From a virus: a DNA stretch of 64,000 bases. Of the stretch, positions 35,547-44,722 are shown piece after piece. Position numbers and translations under genes: made by a program. The number at the start of each line of letters is the position of its first letter. The stretch's first letter is position 1. The notes under the pieces are model-generated. The model searched no databases and was not told the origin of the DNA. It was given only the letters and a program-made list of their open reading frames with translations. The stretch spans positions 108,520 to 172,519 of the IMG/VR virus record IMGVR_UViG_3300036399_001571; one strand, given 5' to 3'.

Positions 35547-36179
35547 ATGGCAGGAAGAAAACCAATACCAGAAGAAGAACGTTTTTGGGAAAAAGTGGAC
35601 AAGTCTGGACCAAATCCAAATTATCCAGATTGCTGGGAATGGACTGCGCATAAGGTAAAAAAATACGGTCATTTTGTATGCAAGCAAGATGGAGTCAATA
35701 AAAAACTTGGCGCCCACGTATACAGCTGGCAAAAAGCAAATGGTAAGCGGGTGCCGAAAGGGCTTGAAGTCTGCCATACCTGCAATAACCCACCATGCGT
35801 TCGCCCTGACCACCTAGAGGCCGAGACTCGTTCCCATAATCAGCGTTATTCTGTTACGAACGGCAACAACACGCAGAGAAAAAAAACACACTGCCCATAT
35901 GGACATCCATACGATGAAGCGAACACAATCAAAAAAATAAGCAAACATACCGGTCTTGATACACGAGATTGCAGGACTTGTCAAAAGAGATGGAAGAAAG
36001 AACGCGTTGCACGCAGACAGAAGGAAAAGGGAATAGAACCCAAAAAACCAAATCACTGCAGAAAGGGTCACGACTTCAGCGTTTACGGGGAGAAGTGGTA
36101 CGTAAAAAAAAGCGGACGCCCATACCGAACGTGCGTAGAGTGTATGCGGATTAGAGAGAGAAAGAGGAGAAATGGCTAA
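35547..36179 (+). CDS. HNH homing endonuclease with THCxxGH Zn modules
   Basis: CWEWT..., VCHTCNNPPCVRPDHLEA; two CxxGH...CxxC modules. Confidence 0.88.
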   Translation: MAGRKPIPEEERFWEKVDKSGPNPNYPDCWEWTAHKVKKYGHFVCKQDGVNKKLGAHVYSWQKANGKRVPKGLEVCHTCNNPPCVRPDHLEAETRSHNQRYSVTNGNNTQRKKTHCPYGHPYDEANTIKKISKHTGLDTRDCRTCQKRWKKERVARRQKEKGIEPKKPNHCRKGHDFSVYGEKWYVKKSGRPYRTCVECMRIRERKRRNG

Positions 36180-36630
36180 GCACATGCCACATATTGAAAG
36201 ATTTTTCCAGAAAGTTGATAAGTCTGGTAATGAAAAGTTTCCGGATTGTTGGATTTGGACTGGTGCGCCAACAAGCAGGAATTATGGTTCTTTTTCCTTC
36301 TACACCAAGAAGCCCGCGATTGGGGCGCATGTATCAAGCTATCTTTTCCACAAGGGCGATGTCCCAAAAGGAATGCTTGTGTGTCATCATTGCGACAACC
36401 CACCGTGTGTTAATCCAGAGCATTTATTCCTTGATACAAACTCCGGGAACATGAGAGACATGATGAAAAAAGGTAGACATGGCTGGACGAACAGGGAGAG
36501 AACCCACTGTAGGCGTGGTCATGAATTCGAAGTTTTTGGAGTGATAAAGCGCACAAAAAAAGATGGGACAAGCTACCGTACATGCAAAGAATGCATAAAA
36601 ATAAATAGAAAGAACAACAAGAATAAGTAA
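36172..36630 (+). CDS. HNH homing endonuclease
   Basis: CWIWTG, VCHHCDNPPCVNPEHLFL, THCRRGH. Confidence 0.88.
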   Translation: MAKHMPHIERFFQKVDKSGNEKFPDCWIWTGAPTSRNYGSFSFYTKKPAIGAHVSSYLFHKGDVPKGMLVCHHCDNPPCVNPEHLFLDTNSGNMRDMMKKGRHGWTNRERTHCRRGHEFEVFGVIKRTKKDGTSYRTCKECIKINRKNNKNK

Positions 36631-36634
36631 ATAT

Positions 36635-36707
36635 GCGTCGGTGGCCAAATGGATAAGGCAACAGACTTCTAATCTGTAGACTGTAGGTTCGAGTCCTACC
36701 CGACGCG
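36635..36707 (+). tRNA. tRNA-Arg (TCT)
   Basis: Cloverleaf; loop CTTCTAA. Confidence 0.92.
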
Positions 36708-36712
36708 CACAG

Positions 36713-36788
36713 TGGCAAGTAGCTCAGTTGGCAGAGCAAGGGACTGTTAATCCCTGGGTCGTAGGTTCGAGCCCTACCTTGCCAGCCA
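36713..36788 (+). tRNA. tRNA-Asn (GTT)
   Basis: Cloverleaf; loop CTGTTAA; encoded CCA. Confidence 0.93.
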
Positions 36789-36871
36789 CTATACTGACGA
36801 TGGCCTCTTGCTAGAGGGCGTCATTAATATTTCTGTCGGTGCGCAGTTAGAGCGTCTAGCAAGCACTATTT

Positions 36872-36961
36872 GGAGCGATGGCAGAGAGGCTTATTGCACC
36901 TGTCTTGAAAACAGGAGTCCGTTTGCGCGGACCGGGGGTTCAAATCCCTCTCGCTCCTCCA
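36872..36961 (+). tRNA. tRNA-Ser (TGA)
   Basis: Cloverleaf with long variable arm; loop CTTGAAA; encoded CCA. Confidence 0.92.
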
Positions 36962-36980
36962 CTTATGTTACGCTTTTACG

Positions 36981-37056
36981 CACGCAGTAGCATCAGGGGT
37001 AGAGCACCCGTGGAATCTAACGGGAGGTCTCTGGGTTCAATTCCCAGACTGCGTGT
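36981..37056 (+). tRNA. atypical/pseudo tRNA with 8 nt anticodon loop
   Basis: Acceptor CACGCAG/CTGCGTG, T-loop TTCAATT, anticodon stem CCCGT/ACGGG around GGAATCTA. Confidence 0.55.
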
Positions 37057-37060
37057 CTAA

Positions 37061-37132
37061 GCCCGTTTAGCTCAGTGGTAGAGCTCTTCACTTGTAATGA
37101 AGCGGTCCTCGGTTCAATCCCGAGAGCGGGCT
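37061..37132 (+). tRNA. tRNA-Thr (TGT)
   Basis: Cloverleaf; loop CTTGTAA. Confidence 0.92.
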
Positions 37133-37157
37133 CTAACTGGGGTAGAATTTAGCCCCT

Positions 37158-37958
37158 ATGGGCATAACGATTTACAGAAACCAGAGAATTGGCGTAATAC
37201 CGCCAACCCCAGCTACCTCTGTTATTGAAGACTCGGTCACCCCTGAGAGCGTAAAGGCACTAATTGAGTACGGCTCCATGCTGGGTCATCCTGTTTCGTA
37301 CGCCCAGGAACAAAATGGAAGATTAATCCAAAATCTTGTTCCAGTTCATAAGACTGAATACCAGCAGATATCAACATCATCGAAAGTTGAGCTGGAGATG
37401 CATACCGAGTCATCATTCCATCCATACAGGCCTTCATACGTCCTTCTTCTTTGCTTGCGCGGTGATGATGCGGTGGCAACCACTTACGCTGATGATTTCG
37501 ACATCGTTCCAAGATTAAGTCAAGAGGCAATTTCTGTGCTTCAAAAAGAATGGTTTACAACTCAGATTGACCAGAGTTTTAGGTCAGATGGACAGCCAGA
37601 TATCGATGTTAGGACGGCGATACTTGAAGAAACAAATAGGGACGCTAATCCAGGATGGAAGATAACTTACGACTCTTGGTTCATGAAAGCCGTTGGAGAT
37701 GGGACTGAAGAATCTCGCATGCAGGCTCAAAGAGCACTCAAGGAAATGCGTGATGCGGTTAATGATTCAACAAAAGAGGTTGTCTTGAAGACCGGTGACT
37801 TACTTGTTATAAATAACGATTGCACCGTCCATGGACGAAAGCCATTTCAACCACGATATGACGGAACGGATAGATGGGTTCAGAGGATGCTTGTGGTGCG
37901 TGAAATGCCACCGCCAGAGCACGTTAATGGCCATATGATTACCACCGAGTTCAACTAA
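37158..37958 (+). CDS. clavaminate-synthase/AsnO-like 2OG-Fe(II) amino-acid hydroxylase
   Basis: LEMHTE, YVLLLCLR, GDLLVINND..VHGR.PF.PRYDGTDRW. Confidence 0.85.
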   Translation: MGITIYRNQRIGVIPPTPATSVIEDSVTPESVKALIEYGSMLGHPVSYAQEQNGRLIQNLVPVHKTEYQQISTSSKVELEMHTESSFHPYRPSYVLLLCLRGDDAVATTYADDFDIVPRLSQEAISVLQKEWFTTQIDQSFRSDGQPDIDVRTAILEETNRDANPGWKITYDSWFMKAVGDGTEESRMQAQRALKEMRDAVNDSTKEVVLKTGDLLVINNDCTVHGRKPFQPRYDGTDRWVQRMLVVREMPPPEHVNGHMITTEFN

Positions 37959-38257
37959 TGATGGATTTTGACGTGATGTTCGAACCAAGATACGACCTTT
38001 ATCAGGTCGCAATTTTTCAATCCAGATATAGCGGGATATATGAAGGTGGGGAATGGTTCGCAATTGCTAATTTTAAGAGTTTTGACGAAACTGGAATTTC
38101 GGAATATGTATTCGGCGATGATTGTGATGCCGTAGATTTTTGGATGTCTGAAAAATCAGAAATGATTGGAGTTGGGAGTACGCCAGATGCTGCTGTAGCG
38201 AATCTCTATGAGCGGTACGAGAAAAAGGGTGGACCTACTCAAACATCTCAGAGTTGA
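37958..38257 (+). CDS. conserved phage hypothetical protein (99 aa)
   Basis: SRYSGIYEGGEW...GVGSTPDAA pattern. Confidence 0.65.
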   Translation: MMDFDVMFEPRYDLYQVAIFQSRYSGIYEGGEWFAIANFKSFDETGISEYVFGDDCDAVDFWMSEKSEMIGVGSTPDAAVANLYERYEKKGGPTQTSQS

Positions 38258-38604
38258 TAAAGCTCATTTTATTCCATAGTTTTTTTACCAATGGAATTGA
38301 AGTTACAGCAACAAATAGAGCAATAGCAACAGTAAGTATCAATGAGTTCTTTTTACCAATTTTTAGCTTATTTACATTCATGATTGGTCCCATCTATTCT
38401 AGAGATACTATCTATAGGTTCATCTTATAACAAGATTGCACGCCATAATGTACGTTATGTTCTACATCGTCTTAATTTTAACAGCAACAGCAGTAGTGTC
38501 CATTCATAGATTCGTTATGAACTCGGTTGAGTCATACGATGGCTACGGTGCAGGTTCGTTCCGTGAATGGAAAGAATTCGAGAGGCAGAAGCTAGGCTTC
38601 TAGG

Positions 38605-39213
38605 CTACTTAACGTATATTCCTATACGTTCTAACTCGGTCCCCTCGTCGCTGATAAACCTATAACCCTCTGGCTTTGGGTCTGGCTCGTCTTTCCATAC
38701 TGGAATCATCGAATCATTGCCATAGGCAAAGTCCGAATTTTCTCTTAGGTGAATTTCGATTAGTTTGCCACCAATAAACTCGCAGTTGATTGTCCTGTAC
38801 TGAAGCGGGATTAACCCTATGAACTGTGGCAGAGGGTGCCATTTATCTGTTTTTTCCCATTTAGTGAATCTTTGATAGGGGCGCTCTAAATGCTTTGTCC
38901 CAACTGTTTTAAGGATTGGCTGATACCCCTTGTAGTCAATGCTTAGGTGTTCTCCCTCGAAAACCTCACACCAGAACTCGCCTGGGTGCAGAAGTTCTGT
39001 TGTGTCTTCTTCTATGTATATTTTTCTTGCTTTTTCTCCCATGCCCTCGATATTCATTACTGGTTTCACGAAGTACTCACCCGGCTTCGGAACGGGGGTT
39101 CCACGTGGTCCACAGATATGTCCGGAGAGCCTGGAAACAATTAACTTGTCAAATAACCAGAGGTGTTTTGGGTCGCAGTTAAGCCATGCTTTTGCTTCTA
39201 GTGATTGCTCCAC
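38605..39213 (-). CDS. phage protein, possible ATP-grasp-like
   Basis: YFVKPVMN..GMG, FWCEVFEGEHLSID, EFIGGKLIEIHLR. Confidence 0.55.
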   Translation of the reverse strand: MEQSLEAKAWLNCDPKHLWLFDKLIVSRLSGHICGPRGTPVPKPGEYFVKPVMNIEGMGEKARKIYIEEDTTELLHPGEFWCEVFEGEHLSIDYKGYQPILKTVGTKHLERPYQRFTKWEKTDKWHPLPQFIGLIPLQYRTINCEFIGGKLIEIHLRENSDFAYGNDSMIPVWKDEPDPKPEGYRFISDEGTELERIGIYVK

Positions 39214-39215
39214 AT

Positions 39216-39461
39216 TTACGGCTCAATGAAGATGCACTCGCCAGGGCACTCTTCGGCGGCTTCTACTACGTCAGATAGTCTTTCGTCTGCGAAAGATGCC
39301 ATTCCTTGTGCGCCCTCTGGATTCCCCACAGCGGCCGCATAAATCTTGTCCCCTTCGCGCACATACGCAAGACCGTCTGGCATCATGTGAAAAACATCTG
39401 GGGCTATCTCTGCACATAGTCCGTCTCCAGTGCATAAGTCTTGGTCAATCCACACTCTCAT
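39216..39461 (-). CDS. ferredoxin (actinobacterial single-cluster type)
   Basis: IDQDLCTGDGLCAEIAPDVF...ECPGECI. Confidence 0.92.
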   Translation of the reverse strand: MRVWIDQDLCTGDGLCAEIAPDVFHMMPDGLAYVREGDKIYAAAVGNPEGAQGMASFADERLSDVVEAAEECPGECIFIEP

Positions 39462-39856
39462 TACTTAAATTCGGTCCAGGTTTTATCGCCGACGCCGAAA
39501 TATTCTCTTGCGTAACCAGACTGAATGATGTCCTTGTTGAGACATGCTGTCGTTGGGTCGTCTATCTTGTCTGAGCTGTAGATTCGTGCAAGAACACGCC
39601 CATATTTGTCATTCTTGTCTGGAATGGTGTTAACAAATACCCATTTATGGCTTGTCAACCAGTCCTTGGTGAACGACTTAGCCTTAAGACCCATCTCTTT
39701 TTCTGCAAGGTCTTTGGTTCTTGATTCAGGAGTATTTACTCCATACAAGCGAACACGAATTTTGTGATGGATGCTAAAACCAAGGTCTATCATCAAATCA
39801 ATCGTGTCACCATCAACGACGTTGAGGACTGTAGCCCCATACCAAAATCGCTGCAT
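39461..39856 (-). CDS. thermonuclease (SNase-like)
   Basis: VVDGDTID, RVRLYGVNTPE, DKYGRVLA. Confidence 0.9.
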   Translation of the reverse strand: MQRFWYGATVLNVVDGDTIDLMIDLGFSIHHKIRVRLYGVNTPESRTKDLAEKEMGLKAKSFTKDWLTSHKWVFVNTIPDKNDKYGRVLARIYSSDKIDDPTTACLNKDIIQSGYAREYFGVGDKTWTEFK

Positions 39857-41850
39857 CAGAAATTTCTTATGTTGCGATTTTGGCCAGATGTTCTTTTGTA
39901 CTGATTGCCCGGCAATCGAGGACGGTCTATTGTTGGTCCTTGGCTGCCGCGTGATTCACCAATTCTTGGACGGTCTATGGTTGGTTTGCCAACAGGGCGA
40001 ATATCGTCCCGTCTACGGTTACCCGGTTTAATCTTGTTTGGATTGGAGCGGTCGATGTTGTCAGGACGACGTTTATCATTTGCTCCTGTTCTTTTGTCAG
40101 GACCATACAGCTGGAGTGTTCCATCACGCTGTTCTTTGATGTATTCCCTGTCTTTTGGGTCCTTTCCGTCGTATTGCTGCAACTGTCCATCAGCGTCTTC
40201 CAGAATGTATCCCGGCTTATACTCGGACCGACTGGCTCTATCAGCCGAATCTGGTTTTCTATTTGGGGCTGAACGGTCTGTTCTGTCGGCGCCTCTGCGG
40301 TCATCTGCGCTCGTTGGTCTGCGCGAATCCGTCTGACCACGACGTGTTGCAGCATCTCTTGTTCCTTGAGCTTCTTGACGGCCGACACGAACTGGTTGGT
40401 CTCCTGCTACTCGGTTTCCAGTTCCTCTGTCAACGCTGTCTGGGCGTCTCCTATCGTCGGCGCTTGTAGGGCGGCGTGAGTCTGTTTGACCGCGGCGAGT
40501 TGCGGCGTCTCTTGTTCCCTGTGCTTCTTGACGACCCACACGAACCGGCTGGTCACCAGCAACTCTGTTGCCAGTTCCCTTGTCAATCGAGTCAGGACGA
40601 CGTCTATCATCGGCGCTTGTTGGTCTACGTGAGTCGGTTTGACCGCGACGTGTAGCAGCGTCAGAAACTCCAGTTGTTTTTCCACGATTCGCCTGAACTC
40701 GCTCTGCCGAATCGATTCGACGAGCTGGCGGAGAATTATCGATTCTGTCCGCTGGTTTTCTATCTGCAGCAGATGAGCGCTGTGCCTGACCGGTAAGTCT
40801 GTCACTTTGCGCTTGATTTCTTCTATCTCTTGCTGCATCCGTGTTTGCTCTACCGATTTGTGCTTGCGCTTCAGCCCCAGCTCGCACCGTCTGCTTGTCA
40901 AAAGCAGCTCTTGCTCTAGCTCTTGCGTCTCTTTCTTTCTTTGAACGGTCTGCTACGTCCCTGTTCGGCTTGATGCCTTGAGATGCAAGCTGTCCACGTA
41001 CAAATTTTCTACGTCGCTTTTCATAGTCAGTGTTGCTTTGACGCTTGTACGGAACTCGCTGTTCATCTGGCGTGCCATCAAAAATCATTCCGTCGCCGTC
41101 AGCATCAACCATGTCGAGCGAACCCTGGGCTGTTGCGCCAATTGTTCCACCGCGCTGCTGACCTATGGTCTGTCCTTGAAGTTGCTTTTCTTCTACTGAT
41201 TCAGAATCATCTTTTTTCTTTGTGTTCTGGTATCTCTCAAGAAGTCTCTTGCCCTTAGCGGCGAGCTTCGCTGCATCTTCTGCATTCTTTGGAACTCTTT
41301 CACCCCAAGCTGCAGCAGAAAGAGCCAAACGTGTTGCTCTACCTTTTTCATCGACCATTGGGCCTGATGGATTCGTAAAAAATCTTGTTAGGAATGAACC
41401 CTTGCGACGCATCTTCTCTGGCGTATCAGCAGCACCCTTCACTCCAGGCTTTAGGTTTGAGCCTTCTGTTCTGTTGAAGTGCGCTCTCCCAGCTGCTGTC
41501 AAACCACCCTTTGGGTCTTTTAGTTTTTGCTTTGCTGATTTCTCATCTACCGGAACGCAGTTTGGAACCATCTTTCCGGCCTTGCTTCTCTTCATCCCGA
41601 TTTGCTTATAACCGTCCCAGCACGGACTGTCTGATGCTTTTGTTTCGTTGTCCTCGAAAGAGTCAAAATCATCCGAGTAATTATCAAACACTTTTGACGA
41701 GAAGTACTCGTCGTATATAGGCATTAATTCTTCGTCATCTACTTCTGATACCACTTCAACCTTGAGATTGAGCAATTCTTCGAAAAGTTGGTCGTCATCT
41801 ATTTCGTTCATTTCACAATTCTCCCATATTTTTATTGGTTTGAAGGACAA
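39856..41850 (-). CDS. multidomain head-region protein with Arg-rich 51-aa repeats (664 aa)
   Basis: CWDGYK...VPNCVP and DPKGGLTAAGR...RRKGSF phage motifs; repetitive C-terminus. Confidence 0.7.
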   Translation of the reverse strand: MSFKPIKIWENCEMNEIDDDQLFEELLNLKVEVVSEVDDEELMPIYDEYFSSKVFDNYSDDFDSFEDNETKASDSPCWDGYKQIGMKRSKAGKMVPNCVPVDEKSAKQKLKDPKGGLTAAGRAHFNRTEGSNLKPGVKGAADTPEKMRRKGSFLTRFFTNPSGPMVDEKGRATRLALSAAAWGERVPKNAEDAAKLAAKGKRLLERYQNTKKKDDSESVEEKQLQGQTIGQQRGGTIGATAQGSLDMVDADGDGMIFDGTPDEQRVPYKRQSNTDYEKRRRKFVRGQLASQGIKPNRDVADRSKKERDARARARAAFDKQTVRAGAEAQAQIGRANTDAARDRRNQAQSDRLTGQAQRSSAADRKPADRIDNSPPARRIDSAERVQANRGKTTGVSDAATRRGQTDSRRPTSADDRRRPDSIDKGTGNRVAGDQPVRVGRQEAQGTRDAATRRGQTDSRRPTSADDRRRPDSVDRGTGNRVAGDQPVRVGRQEAQGTRDAATRRGQTDSRRPTSADDRRGADRTDRSAPNRKPDSADRASRSEYKPGYILEDADGQLQQYDGKDPKDREYIKEQRDGTLQLYGPDKRTGANDKRRPDNIDRSNPNKIKPGNRRRDDIRPVGKPTIDRPRIGESRGSQGPTIDRPRLPGNQYKRTSGQNRNIRNF
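40293..40662 (-). repeat. 153 bp in-frame tandem repeat (~2.4 copies)
   Basis: DAATRRGQTDSRRPTSADDRR... unit repeated with 153 bp period. Confidence 0.85.
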
Positions 41851-41862
41851 TAAATGATAACA

Positions 41863-42396
41863 CTAGCCAGCGTCAACAATCATGTGAATCCTATGAGTGG
41901 AGCCATTGTTGTCGACTCTGTGAACCCTGTTGGTGTTGTCTATCACCCAAATCTCCCCTGGTTTTAAATTCTTAGAAATACCACCAACCGTGAATGTGCA
42001 GGAGCTATTTGTGACAATAGGTATGTGTATTCTGTGAGTGTTTCTGGTGACCACCCCCTGGTCTTTATGCGGCTTAATAATCCCTCCAGGGTTCATCCTT
42101 GTCAACATCGAGGACGTTTCTGAAACTTGACCAATGGATTCTCCTGCAATTTTGCATATTTCCATTATGTCCGAACTGAATTGTTCGTAATGTTGGTGCT
42201 TTTCTGGACTGTACTCATTGGACTTTGGAGAATACTTCAACGGGATTGTCTCGGTGTGATAACTGGCTATCCCCCCTGTGTTTTTTCTACCCTTATATTC
42301 ACTCCAATCTAGGTCATTGAAGGATAAAACCTTATTCAGTAGATTCTGAAAGTCTGGGAAAATTCCCACATATCTAAATGCTTCATTTTCTTTCAT
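41863..42396 (-). CDS. aspartyl/asparaginyl beta-hydroxylase-family 2OG-Fe(II) oxygenase
   Basis: PGGIIKPHKD, RIHIPIVTN, GEIWVIDN...H.V.N.G..HRIHMIVD. Confidence 0.85.
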   Translation of the reverse strand: MKENEAFRYVGIFPDFQNLLNKVLSFNDLDWSEYKGRKNTGGIASYHTETIPLKYSPKSNEYSPEKHQHYEQFSSDIMEICKIAGESIGQVSETSSMLTRMNPGGIIKPHKDQGVVTRNTHRIHIPIVTNSSCTFTVGGISKNLKPGEIWVIDNTNRVHRVDNNGSTHRIHMIVDAG

Positions 42397-42415
42397 GAAA
42401 TCATCCTATATAAAG

Positions 42416-42457
42416 CAAAAACCTCACGCCCCCATTGCTGGAAACGTGAGGTTTGCT
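42416..42457 (-). terminator. Rho-independent terminator after capsid gene
   Basis: AAACCTCACG/CGTGAGGTTT stem with T-run. Confidence 0.7.
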
Positions 42458-42472
42458 TTTACTTGGTTTGAA

Positions 42473-43849
42473 TTACGCTTCTGGAGCTCCGTCGAAGTCA
42501 ATCGAAACGAACGCTTCTGGACGCTTAACAGCGAGAGCAAGTCTCTGTTCTGCAAGAATCACGATTGCGTTGCGCACGAAGAAGTCTGAGTGCTGTTCCG
42601 AAATTCGGATTGAAGCCTGCTCGCGGTCGTACAGCTGTGCAGCAGTACCGAAGGCGCCGACGAGGCCGGTTCCTTCTGTCATTGCTGGAGTGTCGATAAC
42701 TGGCATTCTCCAAACGCGTGGCTCGCCACCCATTGCAACCGAAACTGCGATGAGGTATTGACCCTGCTCGTCCTTCGTCAACTCGATGTCTTCCCAGTCG
42801 TTCGGGTGCAATACAACGCCCGATGGCTCGTAGTAAGCCAAGAACGAGAGTGTTGCGGCACGACGGATTGCATCAGCCTTGGTGTCTGCTACTGGAAGTG
42901 TTGCACCATCTGACCAGGCGTATGTCTGGATGTTTGGTGTGTTCAAAACGCCCAAGAGGTTCTCGCCAGCGCCGTCGCCATTGAGGATTTGGTTGTCTTC
43001 CAACAAACGAAGGCCGTACATCAATTCGTTGTCGATGATTGAACGCAGCTGTGGCTCATCGGCAAGGACGTTGCGGTGTGCAGCTTCCCAGTGTGCCAAT
43101 GTGCGAACAGGAGCCTGCTCACCAACGAATGAGAATGATGACTGTGGCTTCAACGCGAATGCGTTGTTTCCACCGTTACGCTCTGCGATTGTTGATGCCG
43201 AGTTAACACCAGCAGCGTAGCCGTAACCCTCCTGGATAGGAGTGGTGAAACCGAGCTGACGGAAGTACTCAATAACAGCAGCAGTTGTTGTGCGAACTGG
43301 GAACAAGTCACGAACACGCTTTGTGCGCATTGGCTGTGTAATCATCGCATCGCGCTGTACTGAACCAAACGAGCCAAGACGGCTGTTTGTTACGTCAGTG
43401 CCAGGAAGTGCTGAGTAAACGTCCTTCACATTGTATGAACCAGATGTGAACGAAGCCTTTACCTGCCATGGTGCAACCATGTTTGCGCCGTTACGGCCGT
43501 TTGCGAGTGTCTTGAATTCAGCTGAGTCCAAGAACATTTCGCCGATTGACTTGATTTCACGGCTTGAAAGCTGTGCAACTTCTGCACTTGCTGCAGCGAA
43601 TGAACCTGCAACACTTTCTGCTGGCTGTGAAGCCCAAGAATCAACGCTGTTCATTGTCTGCATACCGTCAATGAGGCTCTTGATTTCCTTGATGTCTGAC
43701 ATGTTCTTGTCGAACGCTGTCTTCTGCTCAGGGGTGACGACAACTGTGCCGTCTTCTACACGGAATGAATCCGCAATGGCCTTATTATCGGCCATCTTTC
43801 CACGAAGTGCACCTTGCAGTTCGTTTAATCTTGCATTGTCTTGCGACAT
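42473..43849 (-). CDS. major capsid protein, HK97 fold
   Basis: Coiled-coil delta domain; VRDLFP, TLAHW, EDNQILNGDG...GVLN, LHPNDW, F.RN...ILAEQRL.L.V.RPEAF. Confidence 0.93.
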   Translation of the reverse strand: MSQDNARLNELQGALRGKMADNKAIADSFRVEDGTVVVTPEQKTAFDKNMSDIKEIKSLIDGMQTMNSVDSWASQPAESVAGSFAAASAEVAQLSSREIKSIGEMFLDSAEFKTLANGRNGANMVAPWQVKASFTSGSYNVKDVYSALPGTDVTNSRLGSFGSVQRDAMITQPMRTKRVRDLFPVRTTTAAVIEYFRQLGFTTPIQEGYGYAAGVNSASTIAERNGGNNAFALKPQSSFSFVGEQAPVRTLAHWEAAHRNVLADEPQLRSIIDNELMYGLRLLEDNQILNGDGAGENLLGVLNTPNIQTYAWSDGATLPVADTKADAIRRAATLSFLAYYEPSGVVLHPNDWEDIELTKDEQGQYLIAVSVAMGGEPRVWRMPVIDTPAMTEGTGLVGAFGTAAQLYDREQASIRISEQHSDFFVRNAIVILAEQRLALAVKRPEAFVSIDFDGAPEA

Positions 43850-44001
43850 GTTTTGCTCCTATTGGAATTGATTGAGGGTTGGGTTGTTAACTTTTATTGT
43901 GGCTTAGGTAAGCACCCAGCCCTAGTTATATAAAGTAACAGAGATTTACACCTTTTAGTGGAACTACTTTATTTGCAAACAAAAGTGTGTAAATGATTAA
44001 A

Positions 44002-44721
44002 TTAATCTTCTGTTAGTTCTTCTTGGATTGATTTTTTTCTTTTTAGTTTTCCTAGCTCTTCTCGTAAAACTGTTCTGATTACATTTCTTTCTTGCGCAGC
44101 TCTTCCTCTTCGCCCAAGCGAAGTTGTGCCGGCTAAACGGGCGTAATCACTCATGTTTGTGCATGGCATCCAAACTGCCCTGCCAGTTTTGGATATTCTT
44201 CTGCTTATCCCAATACACCCCATTTGACGCGAACGAGCACGAGCTGATTCTGGGTCAGTAAAAACATCTGGGTCGTTGTCTCTAACGTATTGAGGTCCAG
44301 TCATTGCCGCTTTTGCCATGCTCGCACCAAACATGTTCATTGTTGGGCCGCCAGAAACAGTTGAGCCGCTTGATACGGATGAGCCAACGGCTTGGGGTGG
44401 GGCGAACTGATTTGGGCCAGAAGTTATTCCTGGAGCAGAGCCGTTAATCCCCTGTATTGGCCGTTCATTAAGTTTTTCCCAACCATCTCTTTTTTTCTTG
44501 CGTTTCTTACGACCTACTTCTTCTCTTTCTAAACGCCCTTCGAACGATGACTTCTCTTTCCATTTAGAAGTTTCGGCTCTATTGGAAATTCGCTCCAAGG
44601 AATCCATTGAAGCACAAGGCATCCAATTCCCGTCTTCGTCTTTGTGTGCTCCTCTGCATCCAATCATTTCTGCAACACGAAGAGCTTCCATCTTCTTGAC
44701 TAATTCTTTTTGCTTAGCCAT
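44002..44721 (-). CDS. head-region hypothetical protein with two GC...MPC motifs
   Basis: MIGCRGAH...WMPCAS and MGCIGIS...WMPCTN. Confidence 0.7.
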   Translation of the reverse strand: MAKQKELVKKMEALRVAEMIGCRGAHKDEDGNWMPCASMDSLERISNRAETSKWKEKSSFEGRLEREEVGRKKRKKKRDGWEKLNERPIQGINGSAPGITSGPNQFAPPQAVGSSVSSGSTVSGGPTMNMFGASMAKAAMTGPQYVRDNDPDVFTDPESARARSRQMGCIGISRRISKTGRAVWMPCTNMSDYARLAGTTSLGRRGRAAQERNVIRTVLREELGKLKRKKSIQEELTED

Positions 44722-44722
44722 C

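Noticed and set aside
36795-36865. Extra tRNA between tRNA-Asn and tRNA-Ser
   Set aside because: Inverted repeat CTTGCTAGA/TCTAGCAAG present but no T-loop or cloverleaf
39098-39108. Partial parS-like GTTCCACGTGG
   Set aside because: Right arm broken and inside a coding sequence; consistent with chance
43938-43953. TGTAAATCT upstream of the capsid gene resembling the early promoter
   Set aside because: Only 9 bases match; no GATATC and no TANNNT at 18 bp
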